From an uncultured Clostridia bacterium (GTDB lineage Bacteria; Bacillota_I; Bacilli_A; RF39; UBA660), in the NCBI GenBank assembly GCA_947643225.1, contig CANRVH010000001.1, positions 6,868 through 70,867 on the forward strand: a stretch of 64,000 nt of DNA, given 5' to 3'. Below, one piece after another: positions 9,294-21,286 of this stretch; within the stretch, counting starts at the first letter, position 1; the number at the start of each line of letters is the position of its first letter. A program made the translations under genes and the position numbers. The notes beneath the pieces are model-generated. The model did no database searches, was not told the origin of the DNA, and saw only the letters and a list, made by a program, of their open reading frames with translations.

Positions 9294-9335
9294 AATAAAA
9301 AAGTTAGTAAATAATTTTCAAATTATAACTAAGAG

Positions 9336-9366
9336 AAATAGAGAAAATATTTCTCTTTTTTGTAAA
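9336..9366 (+). terminator. rho-independent terminator
   Basis: AGAGAAATAGAGAAAATATTTCTCT hairpin followed by TTTTTG. Confidence 0.6.
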
Positions 9367-9449
9367 ATTCAAAATAAAATATGATCAATATATATCTAAA
9401 CTAAAGATTTTTCATTAACCATTTGCTACAATAAAACTAGGAAAAAATT

Positions 9450-10265
9450 CAAAATAAAAAGAAAAATAAGGCAGAAATACATATCCAATTTAGAAAAAAT
9501 AGAAGATTTTAATTTTGAAGAACAACGGTTACTATACCCCAATTCCAAAAGAATTGATCAAGATAGATACACCATATTATTAGAAAAAGAATACAACGAA
9601 GATTGTTTAAGTGTAGCAATTAACATTAAAACTAAAGCAGAGGAAGAATTTAACTATGATTATAGGCAAATAAAAAAATAATGAATAAAAATGGAAGAAA
9701 AGCATCTGCCTTTATTCGACAAGAGGAATTATTAAATAACTTAGACTTTAATGAAAAGGGATTAATGATAACAAATAATAGTATATGGTTAATTTTAGAT
9801 AATTAAAAAAATTCCCAGTAGAATACGACCATCAAATAAAAATAACAAGAATAGATTCCAACCAAGAAAATGAGTATGTAAGAAAAGTTGCAGAAGGATT
9901 CCAAAAAAAGTAGTGAAGCCAATCCAGACGACGATTTATTAGAAAATATCCTTAATACTATAAAGAGAAGCTTTTATCAACAGAAAAAATTTAAGATAGA
10001 ACATTATTTAGCCCAAATAGATAAAGAGCTTGTTGATACCATAACAATCATGTATAAAGATGATATTTCATTTATCTATAATGTAGCAGCAGATAAAAAA
10101 TATCGAAAAAGGGGAGTTTAATTAAAGCTGTAGTAAAAAGATTAGTCGAATTAGAAATAATCAAGTCATATTACCAAACAGAATATGAATATTATCCTGA
10201 AAAAATAAATCAGAAATTAGGATTTAAAATACTCTTTAGAGGAGTGAAATATACAAAACAATAAT
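9450..10265 (+). pseudogene. GNAT-family N-acetyltransferase pseudogene (multiple frameshifts and stops)
   Basis: GNAT motifs are spread over three frames: …VRKVAEGF…, IYNVAADKKYRKRGV (motif A) and LGFKILFRGVKYTKQ* (C-terminal). The only intact ORF is the 77-aa fragment at 9888-10121. Confidence 0.5.
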
Positions 10266-10363
10266 TACAGTACAAACTATGGAAAAGGACAATATACACT
10301 TTCTTGATAACACAACTTAAAATGAATTTAATCTCAAACTCCCCTAATTTCAAGCCAACTTTT

Positions 10364-10395
10364 CTTTGCCTAAAAATTTAGAATACGATATAATG
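10364..10395 (+). promoter_or_regulatory. promoter TTGCCT-N17-TATAAT upstream of pcrA
   Basis: Read directly: ttgcctaaaaatttagaatacgatataat. Confidence 0.45.
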
Positions 10396-10414
10396 AATTT
10401 AGAGGTAAAGAAAT

Positions 10415-12514
10415 ATGAAGATTGATAATTTAAATGAACAACAAAAAAAAGCCGTTTTATATAACGAGGGACCTCTATTAGTTCTAGCAGGAGCAGGTAG
10501 TGGTAAAACCAAAGTACTAACCACAAAAATTGCTTATCTAATAGAAGAAAAAAATATAGATCCTGATCATATTTTAGCTATTACATTTACAAATAAAGCT
10601 GCTAAAGAAATGAAAGATAGAGTATATAATCTAATAGGAAATTATGCAAAATATATTCAAATATCAACCTTTCATAGCTTTGGACTAAGATTATTAAGAG
10701 AAAATTGTGAAGTTTTAGGATATGATCGAAATTTTGTTATTATGGATAGTGATGATTCACTAACTGTTGTGAAAAAGATATTGAAAGATAGCAATTACGA
10801 TCCTAAAATTTATAATCCACGAGCAATTAGAAATAAAATCAGTGGTTGTAAAAATGAATTGATGAGCCCAGAAAAATATGAAAGATATGCTACTAGTGAA
10901 TATGAAAAAGTTACCTTAGAAGTATATCAAAAGTATGAGAAAAAGTTAAAACAAAATAATTCTGTGGATTTTGATGACTTATTAATATTACCAATCAAAT
11001 TATTGAAAGAAAATTCATCTATTTTGCAAAAATATCAAGAGAAATTTCAATACATTTTAATTGATGAATATCAAGATACAAATGAAGCACAATATATTCT
11101 AACAAAAATGCTAAGTGCCAAATATAGAAAAATCATGGTTGTAGGAGATGACTTTCAAAGTATTTATTCCTTTAGAGGTGCTAATTATAAAAATATTTTA
11201 AACTTTGAAAAAGACTATCAAGATTCCGAAACTATTCTTCTAGAACAAAATTACCGTTCAACAGGAAATATCCTAAAAGCAGCAAATGACGTGATAAAAC
11301 ATAATAGAGAAAGAAAAGACAAAAACTTATGGACAGAAAATGAACTTGGAGAAAAGATTAAATATTATCGTGCCTTTAATGAACGGGATGAAGCTCAATA
11401 TACAATACGAAAAATAAAAGAATTAACAAATAAAGAAGTAGCATACAAGGATATCGCTATATTATATAGAACAAATGCACAGTCACGGATTATAGAAGAA
11501 GAAATGTTAAAAGAAAATTTACCATACCGAGTAGTAGGAAGTTTTTACTTCTATAATAGAAAAGAAATCAAAGATTTAATCGCTTACTTAAGATTAATTC
11601 ACAATGATAAAGATAATGTCTCCCTAACTAGAGTAATTAATACTCCAAAAAGAGGAATAGGTTTAAAAACGATACAAAATATCACAGAAAAAGCCGATTC
11701 CTTAGGAGTAAGTATGTATGATGCCATATCATCAGGTAAAGAATTAGATTTTAAAAATACAATAGAAGAATTAAAAAAAGTATCTGAAAATATTACTTTA
11801 ACCGAATTAATTGATAAAGTACTAGATACAACAGGAATAAAAGAAGAATTAGAAAAAGAAAATTCTCTAGAGTCTGAAGTAAGACTAGAAAATTTAGAAG
11901 AATTTAAATCTATAACAAAAGCCTTTGAAGAAAAAGAAGGACTAATCTCCTTAGAAGATTTTTTATTAGAAATTAGTCTAGTAAGTGATGTAGAAGAATA
12001 TAAAAACGATGACAACAGAATTAATTTAATGACGATCCACTCCGTAAAAGGATTAGAGTTTGATTATGTTTTTATTGTTGGATTAGAAGAAGGAATATTT
12101 CCTCATATCAATAGCTTGATGGACAACTCTGAATTAGAAGAAGAAAGAAGACTTTGTTATGTAGCAATCACTAGAGCAAAAAAGGATTTGCATTTAGTAA
12201 ATACCCGTAGAAGGACTTTATTTGGAAAAGATCAAATCAATCCAACTAGTAGGTTTATTGCTGAAATTAATCAGGATTTAATCGAGACTAATGTTCAGAA
12301 AGAAGAGATGCCAGTTCTAAAGAAAGATAAGACAGAAATGTTTAGAGAGGAAAATATCGATTATCAGGTAGGAGATTATGTTTATCATGAATCATTCGGA
12401 ACAGGTAAAGTAGTAGAAGTAACGAATACTTTAGTAAGTGTTGCCTTTAAACATCCATTTGGAATAAAAAAATTAATGAAAAATCATAAAAAATTGGCGA
12501 AAGTAACCAATTAG
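10415..12514 (+). CDS. pcrA: ATP-dependent DNA helicase PcrA (UvrD family)
   Basis: Walker A AGAGSGKTKVLTTKIAYL, motifs II DEYQDTN, III VVGDDFQSIYSFRGA and VI VAITRAK. The C-terminal Tudor-like tail is present. Confidence 0.92.
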   Translation: MKIDNLNEQQKKAVLYNEGPLLVLAGAGSGKTKVLTTKIAYLIEEKNIDPDHILAITFTNKAAKEMKDRVYNLIGNYAKYIQISTFHSFGLRLLRENCEVLGYDRNFVIMDSDDSLTVVKKILKDSNYDPKIYNPRAIRNKISGCKNELMSPEKYERYATSEYEKVTLEVYQKYEKKLKQNNSVDFDDLLILPIKLLKENSSILQKYQEKFQYILIDEYQDTNEAQYILTKMLSAKYRKIMVVGDDFQSIYSFRGANYKNILNFEKDYQDSETILLEQNYRSTGNILKAANDVIKHNRERKDKNLWTENELGEKIKYYRAFNERDEAQYTIRKIKELTNKEVAYKDIAILYRTNAQSRIIEEEMLKENLPYRVVGSFYFYNRKEIKDLIAYLRLIHNDKDNVSLTRVINTPKRGIGLKTIQNITEKADSLGVSMYDAISSGKELDFKNTIEELKKVSENITLTELIDKVLDTTGIKEELEKENSLESEVRLENLEEFKSITKAFEEKEGLISLEDFLLEISLVSDVEEYKNDDNRINLMTIHSVKGLEFDYVFIVGLEEGIFPHINSLMDNSELEEERRLCYVAITRAKKDLHLVNTRRRTLFGKDQINPTSRFIAEINQDLIETNVQKEEMPVLKKDKTEMFREENIDYQVGDYVYHESFGTGKVVEVTNTLVSVAFKHPFGIKKLMKNHKKLAKVTN

Positions 12515-12527
12515 AAAGAGAGAAAAA

Positions 12528-13448
12528 ATGAAAAAAGAGTTAACTTTAGTAATTATGGCTGCTGGAATGGGAAATCGTTTTGGTGGATTAAAACAAATAG
12601 AAACGATGGGACCAAATGATGAATTTATTATTGATTATTCTGTTTACGATGCAATTTTAGCAGGATTTACCAAAATAGTATTTATTATAAAAAGAGAAAA
12701 TTTTGAAGTATTTAAAGAAACAATAGGATATAGAATAGAAGATAAAATAAAAGTAGAGTATGTTTTTCAAGAGTTAAATAATCTACCAACAGGTTATACA
12801 ATTCCAAAAGAAAGAGAAAAACCTTTAGGGACAGCCCAAGCAATTTTATGTTGTAAAAATAATGTGAATACACCCTTTGCAATTATTAATGCTGATGATT
12901 TTTACGGAAGAGATGCCTATTTTAAAGCAAGTGAATATTTAAAAACAATAAAAAATGATTCGAATAATTATGCCATGATAGCCTACCATATCAAAAATAC
13001 TTTAACAGAAAATGGTGCAGTAAAAAGAGGAGTATGCAAAGTTGAAAATAATCTTTTAGTAGACCTAATAGAAAGTAATGTCGAACGAAAAAATGCTAAA
13101 ATTATTGCATCTCCCCTAAATCACGATCCTTCATTCGAAATCGAAGAAAATCAAACTGTTTCTATGAATATGCTTTTATTTACACCAACCATTTTTAAAT
13201 TTATTGAAGAAAACTTTCCCACATTCCTAAAAGATAATCAAGAAAACTTATTAAAAGCAGAATACTTAATTCCTGATCTACTTCAAAAACTTTTAAAACA
13301 AAATAAAGTAACAACAAAAGTAATAGAAACGACCTCAAACTGGTATGGTGTTACTTATAAAGAAGATAAAGAGCATGTTCAAAGAGCCATCCAAGAATCA
13401 ATTACAGAAAAAATATATCCAAAAAATTTATGGAGAAATGATGAATAG
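12528..13448 (+). CDS. sugar-phosphate nucleotidyltransferase family protein
   Basis: N-terminal LVIMAAGMGNRFGG is the NTP-transferase fold G-loop. It is about 300 aa. Confidence 0.55.
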   Translation: MKKELTLVIMAAGMGNRFGGLKQIETMGPNDEFIIDYSVYDAILAGFTKIVFIIKRENFEVFKETIGYRIEDKIKVEYVFQELNNLPTGYTIPKEREKPLGTAQAILCCKNNVNTPFAIINADDFYGRDAYFKASEYLKTIKNDSNNYAMIAYHIKNTLTENGAVKRGVCKVENNLLVDLIESNVERKNAKIIASPLNHDPSFEIEENQTVSMNMLLFTPTIFKFIEENFPTFLKDNQENLLKAEYLIPDLLQKLLKQNKVTTKVIETTSNWYGVTYKEDKEHVQRAIQESITEKIYPKNLWRNDE

Positions 13449-13944
13449 AGAAGAAGAATTATTCAATATTCTGTTAAATGAAAAAGAAAAGTATACTTTA
13501 ATTATCAATAAAAAAGCACCTAATAATGAACTCATGTTATTAAAAGTGGGAAGTTTAGAAGGAGCTCAAAAATATTACCCAAATAAAGATTTTGTTATTT
13601 TAATAGAAAGAGATAATTTAAAAGTATGTTTAGAAAAAATCAAAGAATTAAAGCTAACAGATTATGATGTTGTATTTTTAGATACCTTAAATTTCCAAGA
13701 TTTCTATATTACAATAAGATACCTAAATCTGTATACCACAGTAAGAAGTATCATTATGGATTCAGCCTTAAGAAAGGAAAAAGAGAAAAAAGAGGGAAAA
13801 ATAGAAGAAAAAATCAAAGAGGAAATAGACCAAGTAGCAGAAAAATACGAGTTAACCGCTCTTGATGAATTACTATTAGGAAAAAAAATAGACGCAATCA
13901 AAGATTATGCTAAAGAAAAAAATATTTCTATTAATTTACTATAA
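13438..13944 (+). CDS. hypothetical protein
   Basis: The ORF track starts at 13345 inside the upstream gene. The ATG at 13438 with a GGAG RBS, overlapping the upstream stop, is the more likely start. Confidence 0.4.
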   Translation: MMNREEELFNILLNEKEKYTLIINKKAPNNELMLLKVGSLEGAQKYYPNKDFVILIERDNLKVCLEKIKELKLTDYDVVFLDTLNFQDFYITIRYLNLYTTVRSIIMDSALRKEKEKKEGKIEEKIKEEIDQVAEKYELTALDELLLGKKIDAIKDYAKEKNISINLL

Positions 13945-13998
13945 AATACTTTTAAATTTATAACATATATCTTATAATATAAGAAAGGAGGAATAAAA

Positions 13999-14646
13999 TT
14001 GACAAATAAAAATGAGTTATATCCTAAAGTGTTTACTTGGCTTTTTATTGGATTATTAGTAACCTTTATAACAGGTTATTCACTATCAATTAATATGGGC
14101 CTATTAAGCAGTCTGCTTACTGGAGGAAACTATGTTTTTCTAATTATAATAGAATTAGCAATCGCAATTTTTTTCTCAGTTAGATTATCCAAAATGTCTA
14201 AAATAACAGCAATAATTTGCTATTTACTATATTCTTTTATAACAGGAATAACTTTTTCAACAATTTTTATAGCCTTTGCTATGGAATCCATTATGCTAGT
14301 ATTTGCTGTAACATCAATTGTCTTTGGAATATTCGCTTTAATTGGATATACAACAAAGAAAAATCTATCATCATGGTCAACATTCTTACTAATGGCATTA
14401 TTAGGAGTAGTAGTAACTAGTATAGTAAATATTTTTCTACAAATACCACAATTAGATTTCATCATAACATTAATTTCTATTGTCGTATTTATTGGCTATA
14501 TTATTTATGATATGAAAAGAATACAAACATTAGCAGAAATCAATGAGGAAAGTGGACCAATATATGGAGCTTTTCAACTATACCTAGACTTTATTAATCT
14601 ATTCTTAGACTTATTAAAGCTACTAGGAAAATCAAACGATAATTAA
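13999..14646 (+). CDS. BAX inhibitor-1/YccA family membrane protein
   Basis: Seven predicted TM helices. The N-terminus YPKVFTWLFIGLLVTFITGY is typical of BI-1/YccA proteins. TTG start after an AGGAGG RBS. Confidence 0.65.
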   Translation: MTNKNELYPKVFTWLFIGLLVTFITGYSLSINMGLLSSLLTGGNYVFLIIIELAIAIFFSVRLSKMSKITAIICYLLYSFITGITFSTIFIAFAMESIMLVFAVTSIVFGIFALIGYTTKKNLSSWSTFLLMALLGVVVTSIVNIFLQIPQLDFIITLISIVVFIGYIIYDMKRIQTLAEINEESGPIYGAFQLYLDFINLFLDLLKLLGKSNDN

Positions 14647-14649
14647 TAG

Positions 14650-16701
<2,052 letters not shown>

Positions 16702-16759
16702 TATATAAATTAAGGAACTCAATATAGATGAATTTAGAAGTAAAACAACTAATTGATAT

Positions 16760-17135
16760 AGATAAAGAAATAAAATGACAATTTGGATTTATGAATAGCG
16801 AAGTAAAGAAGCAACCTATAATTTTGAAGAAATAAAATGTTTAATGAAACATAGCATATAAAAAAAGATTACAACAAACATAGGGATCCTTTTTAGATAA
16901 CAAAATAATCGGCATATACCAATTTACATACGAAGATTAGATGTAAGACCAGATTTTATCCATATCCTATTAATGGTCTATATTGATAAAAAATATCGAA
17001 AAAGAGGCTATGCAGCAAAATTATTAATAAATATTCAAGAAAAGTCCAAAGAAAAAATTTCGCTCAAAGAGATCTTCTTAGATAAAAAAATATATTGGTT
17101 TCTATGAAAAATATGGTTGAGTATTTGTATCCAAA
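16760..17135 (+). pseudogene. second GNAT acetyltransferase pseudogene, paralogous to the one at 9450-10265
   Basis: The reading frame is broken. It contains …LLMVYIDKKYRKRGYAAKLLINIQEKSK… (motif A) and …YEKYGW/EYLYPK. The same DKKYRKRG signature occurs in the other copy. Confidence 0.4.
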
Positions 17136-17338
17136 ATAAATACCTATATGAAAAAATAACACAATATATAAATAGAAATTATATATTTATGGGTAATGAT
17201 AAAATTGTAGAATCTTGACAAAAATAGGATAAAAGTTTGTGAACAAATACGAATAAATACCCTTTCATCACTTTCAATAACGAATTAAAATTAACTAAAT
17301 GAATGATTACATGATCACTAGAAAGGAGAAAGTAGAAA

Positions 17339-17911
17339 ATGAAAAAAGAAATCATGACAATAGTAGAAAGCTATTTACAAATTTTTAAAGATGAACAGAA
17401 AAGACAAGATGAACTTTTACAATTTTTAAACAAAACTGAAGAACAAAAAATAACAGATTGGAACAATTTTTGTGGACATATAGTAGCAAGTGTCTTTATC
17501 TATGCCAAAAGAGAAAAAAGGTTTTTAGTTTTATATCATAAAGATTTAAAAATGTATTTATATCCTGGTGGACACATAGACAAAGAAGATAAAGATATTT
17601 TAGAAGCAGCCAAAAGGGAATTACAAGAAGAAACAGGCATTACGAAATTTAAGCAATTACTAATAAAGAATAAGAAAATACCTATAGACATCAGTTCTCA
17701 TACAACACCATACAATAAACGACTAAACTTACCAAAACATAGACACTTTGATTTTAGATATTTATTTATGATTGAAAAAATAGTGGAAATAAAACAAGAT
17801 ACAGAAGAATTAGGAGACTATAAATGGATTGACTTAAAGGAATTGTCACAAGATAAACATTATGGAAAAATATCGAAAAAAATAGAAAAGGTATTAAACG
17901 AGAATAAATAA
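17339..17911 (+). CDS. NUDIX hydrolase
   Basis: Nudix box GGHIDKEDKDILEAAKRELQEETGI. Confidence 0.75.
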   Translation: MKKEIMTIVESYLQIFKDEQKRQDELLQFLNKTEEQKITDWNNFCGHIVASVFIYAKREKRFLVLYHKDLKMYLYPGGHIDKEDKDILEAAKRELQEETGITKFKQLLIKNKKIPIDISSHTTPYNKRLNLPKHRHFDFRYLFMIEKIVEIKQDTEELGDYKWIDLKELSQDKHYGKISKKIEKVLNENK

Positions 17912-17923
17912 TCGGGAGGAAAA

Positions 17924-18526
17924 ATGAAAAATAAAAAAATAACAAGAAAAATAACACAAGGAATGTATGTTTTAACAACAAATGGTGGTGGTTGTATTGT
18001 TGATGCAGTATCTCAAATCAGCACAGGAGATAATCCCTATATATCAGTGGCAGTAATGAAAAATAATTATACAAATGAACTACTAAAGAAAAATAATAAA
18101 TTTGCTCTTTCTGTACTAGGAATGAATGTAGATCCTGAGATCATTAAAACCTTTGGAATGAATTCTATGAAAAAGGTAGATAAATTTAAAAAAACAGAAA
18201 CAACAGAAGTTGAAGGAATAAAGATGATCAATGATTCTCTAGGATATATGCTATGTGAAATAGTAGACTCTATTGATAATGATACACATACTCTATTTAT
18301 TGGAAAACTAATTCAAGCAGATATCTATCAAGATAAAGCTCCCATGAGTTATGGCTATTACCAAGAAAACAAAGATGAGCTATTAAAAGTAACAACCAAA
18401 AAGGGAAAAACTGCATGGATTTGTACAGTCTGTGGTTATCTTTATTATGGGGAAGAACTACCAGAAGAGTTTAAATGCCCTATATGCGGTGTAGATAAAA
18501 CTCTATTTAAAAAAGAAGAGAAGTAA
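17924..18526 (+). CDS. flavin reductase-like domain fused to a C-terminal rubredoxin
   Basis: N-terminal FMN-binding split-barrel (flavin reductase-like) region. The C-terminus [11 protein letters not shown]…FKCPICG is a rubredoxin CxxCG…CPxCG motif. Confidence 0.7.
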   Translation: MKNKKITRKITQGMYVLTTNGGGCIVDAVSQISTGDNPYISVAVMKNNYTNELLKKNNKFALSVLGMNVDPEIIKTFGMNSMKKVDKFKKTETTEVEGIKMINDSLGYMLCEIVDSIDNDTHTLFIGKLIQADIYQDKAPMSYGYYQENKDELLKVTTKKGKTAWICTVCGYLYYGEELPEEFKCPICGVDKTLFKKEEK

Positions 18527-18609
18527 TAAAGCGATAAAACTATTTAGAAAAAATTTACAAAAAGGAAAAGATATGTTATAATACATTGCAATTAAAGGGG
18601 GGTGAGAAG

Positions 18610-19341
18610 ATGTTTTGGAATAAGGATAGAATACCTAATTTAAAACTAGAAGATGATGATCAAGACTTTTTTAGAATGGACGAAGATATAGAAGAAAAAG
18701 AAATAAAAGAAGAAAAGCAAGAAACTGAAAAGTTCGATGAAAAGATTAATTTTAAAGGAATAAATACACCTAGAACAAATCAAATAAAGATAATAAATCG
18801 AATTCTAAATGTGATCATGGTAATACTTATAATTACTACTATTTTAGTAATTACAGACATCATGTTAATCTCACGCATTGGAAAAGGACCTTATTTTGCA
18901 CTAAATACAAAAACCTACCATGATGGAGGAACAAAAGTTTATTATGGAATAGGTTATAAAGTAATTAAATATAATCAGGAAGAAGGAAGAAAAGATACTG
19001 TAATAGGAAATTGGAACATAGAATATAATACAACACCAATAAAAATGACCACTCTAGATTTAGCATTAGAATTTAGTAATGATTTAGAAGGATCACTAGA
19101 TACCTATATGGATAATTATTTACAAGTATCAGGAAAAATAGAAAAAATAGAAAAAAGCAAAGTAACTTTAATATACCAAGATGAAGAAAAAAAATATAAA
19201 ACAAAATTAACCTGTAATATTTTAAACCCCACAAAAAAATATCATAAAGATGATTCTATAAAATTAGTTGGAACTTTATATAATTATTCAAAAGAAGATA
19301 AATTAAAGCTATATATGAAAAATTGTTATATAAAAAAATAA
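18610..19341 (+). CDS. hypothetical membrane-anchored protein
   Basis: ATG 18610 follows an AAGGGGGGTGAG RBS; the ORF track uses an upstream TTG at 18586. One TM helix is predicted. Confidence 0.4.
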   Translation: MFWNKDRIPNLKLEDDDQDFFRMDEDIEEKEIKEEKQETEKFDEKINFKGINTPRTNQIKIINRILNVIMVILIITTILVITDIMLISRIGKGPYFALNTKTYHDGGTKVYYGIGYKVIKYNQEEGRKDTVIGNWNIEYNTTPIKMTTLDLALEFSNDLEGSLDTYMDNYLQVSGKIEKIEKSKVTLIYQDEEKKYKTKLTCNILNPTKKYHKDDSIKLVGTLYNYSKEDKLKLYMKNCYIKK

Positions 19342-19348
19342 ATATTCG

Positions 19349-19380
19349 TAAGACTCCTATTAAGGAGTTTTATTTTCCAA
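19349..19380 (+). terminator. rho-independent terminator
   Basis: GACTCCTATTAAGGAGTTTTATTTT. Confidence 0.6.
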
Positions 19381-19536
19381 AAAAATATTTTATATCGTAT
19401 AATTAATATTGAAAATAAGAAATAATATTGGTTATTTTAAATTATTAGAATATCAATAAAAAACATGATATAATATTAGAGTATATAAATTGAAGAGAAA
19501 AATATACTCTTATAATAAATGAGAAAGGTGAACAAG

Positions 19537-19833
19537 ATGCAAGAAAAATTATCGATTAGTGAAGTAAAACATGTAGCAGAATTAGCAAAAATAAGAATAA
19601 GTGATAATGAACAAGAAAAGTATCAAATTGAATTAAAAAAAATTTTTAATGAATTAGAAAAGATAGAAGAAGTAAAAGATTATGACGAAGAAATCATCAT
19701 TACTCCAACTGAAGAAAAATGCCAGTTAAGAAAGGATGAAATAGGGCAAATGGTAAATCCTAAAGATATGTTAAAGAATGTCCCACGACACAGTGGAAAT
19801 TATATAGAGGTTCCGGTGGTTATTAATGAATAA
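19537..19833 (+). CDS. gatC: Asp/Glu-tRNA amidotransferase subunit C
   Basis: Reads ISEVKHVAELAKIRISDNEQEKYQIELKKIFNELEKIEEV. It is first of the gatCAB operon. ATG 19537 with a GAAAGGTG RBS. Confidence 0.85.
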   Translation: MQEKLSISEVKHVAELAKIRISDNEQEKYQIELKKIFNELEKIEEVKDYDEEIIITPTEEKCQLRKDEIGQMVNPKDMLKNVPRHSGNYIEVPVVINE

Positions 19834-21286
19834 ATATTTAGATAAAACAATTATAGAGTTAAATCAATTATTAAAAGAAAAAAAAATAACTCCATTAGAT
19901 TTAGTCCTAGAAGCATTTGCAAGGATTGAAAAAGAACATGAGTTAAATGCTTTCATTACTCTAAATAAAGAAGAGGCTTTAAAAGAAGCTAAAAAATTAG
20001 AAACTATGGAAGTGGATAATTTACTATTTGGTTTACCTATTGCAATAAAGGATAATATTTTAACAAAAAACTTAAGAACAACTTGTGCCTCTCATATGTT
20101 GGACAATTTCATTCCCATTTATGATGCAACAGTAGTAGAAAAAATAAAAGAAAAACATATGATTATTATTGGAAAAACAAATATGGACGAATTTGCCATG
20201 GGTTCATCTAGTAGAACAAGTTATTTTGGTGCTCCACGTAATCCTTGGAATAAACAAAAAATAGCTGGAGGAAGTAGTGGAGGAAGCGCAACAACAGTAG
20301 CGGCAAGACTTTTACCCCTTGCCTTAGGAAGCGATACAGGAGGAAGTATTCGTCAACCAGCAAGTTATTGCGGAATAGTTGGAATGAAACCAACCTATGG
20401 CAGAATTTCTCGCTATGGACTAGTAGCCTTTGCATCAAGTCTAGATCAAATAGGACCAATGACTAGAAATGTCTATGAAAATGCATTATTTTTAAATAGC
20501 TTAGTAGGAAAAGATGAAAAAGATCTAACCTCCTCAAAAAAAGAAAGAGAAGATTTTACAAGAAAGATTGGTCAAGAGATTAAGGGAATGAAATTTGCTA
20601 TTCCTAATTATTTTATGAGTGATATTGTAACAGAAGAGATTAGGGATAGGATCAAAGAAGTCATTCAATTATTAGAAAAAAAAGGTGCTACAGTTGATTA
20701 TATAGATATTGCTTATTTAGAAAATGCAGTCACTCTATACCAAATTATCGCAATGGGAGAAGCAAGTTCTAATTTAGCTAGATTTGATGGCATTCGTTAT
20801 GGACATTCTAAAGAAAATCCAAAAGATATTGATGACTTATATTATGGTAGCAGAGAAGAAGGCTTTGGTGAAGAAGTAAAAAGAAGAATTATGGTAGGAT
20901 CCTATATTTTAAGTGGAGATAATGCGAAAAAATATTATGATAAAGCTTTATCAATTAGAAGTGATATTAGAACAAGTTTCCTAAAAGCATTTGAAAAATA
21001 TGACCTAATTATTGGACCAACCACCACAACAACAGCTTATGATTTAACTGATCCGATGGATGATCCATTAAAAACATTCTTAGATGACGTTTTAGTTATT
21101 CCTGTTAATATGGCTGGACTTCCAGGACTAAATGTTCCTGTAGCTTTTTCAAAGGATCATATGCCAATAGGATTACATATTATAGGTAAACCTTTTGACG
21201 AAGCAACAATCTATCAATTAGCAAGTTTTATTGAAAAAGAATTAAATCTTGATTTGAATCCTAAAGGAAGTGATGAAAATGAGTAA
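19826..21286 (+). CDS. gatA: Asp/Glu-tRNA amidotransferase subunit A (amidase signature)
   Basis: Amidase signature GGSSGGSATTVAA…GSDTGGSIRQPAS. Confidence 0.92.
   Translation: MNKYLDKTIIELNQLLKEKKITPLDLVLEAFARIEKEHELNAFITLNKEEALKEAKKLETMEVDNLLFGLPIAIKDNILTKNLRTTCASHMLDNFIPIYDATVVEKIKEKHMIIIGKTNMDEFAMGSSSRTSYFGAPRNPWNKQKIAGGSSGGSATTVAARLLPLALGSDTGGSIRQPASYCGIVGMKPTYGRISRYGLVAFASSLDQIGPMTRNVYENALFLNSLVGKDEKDLTSSKKEREDFTRKIGQEIKGMKFAIPNYFMSDIVTEEIRDRIKEVIQLLEKKGATVDYIDIAYLENAVTLYQIIAMGEASSNLARFDGIRYGHSKENPKDIDDLYYGSREEGFGEEVKRRIMVGSYILSGDNAKKYYDKALSIRSDIRTSFLKAFEKYDLIIGPTTTTTAYDLTDPMDDPLKTFLDDVLVIPVNMAGLPGLNVPVAFSKDHMPIGLHIIGKPFDEATIYQLASFIEKELNLDLNPKGSDENE

Noticed and set aside
11599-12015. 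138-aa antisense ORF inside pcrA. Similar antisense ORFs lie inside gatB (21405-21937), ileS (59102-60323) and others.
   Set aside because: They are embedded antisense in strongly supported housekeeping genes. The products are Ser/Leu/Phe-rich, as expected from reading AT-rich coding DNA backwards. No RBS is present.
13345-13437. 5' extension of the ORF 13345-13944 that overlaps the nucleotidyltransferase gene by about 100 nt
   Set aside because: The internal ATG at 13438 with a GGAG RBS gives a conventional 4-nt overlap. A long out-of-frame overlap is unlikely.
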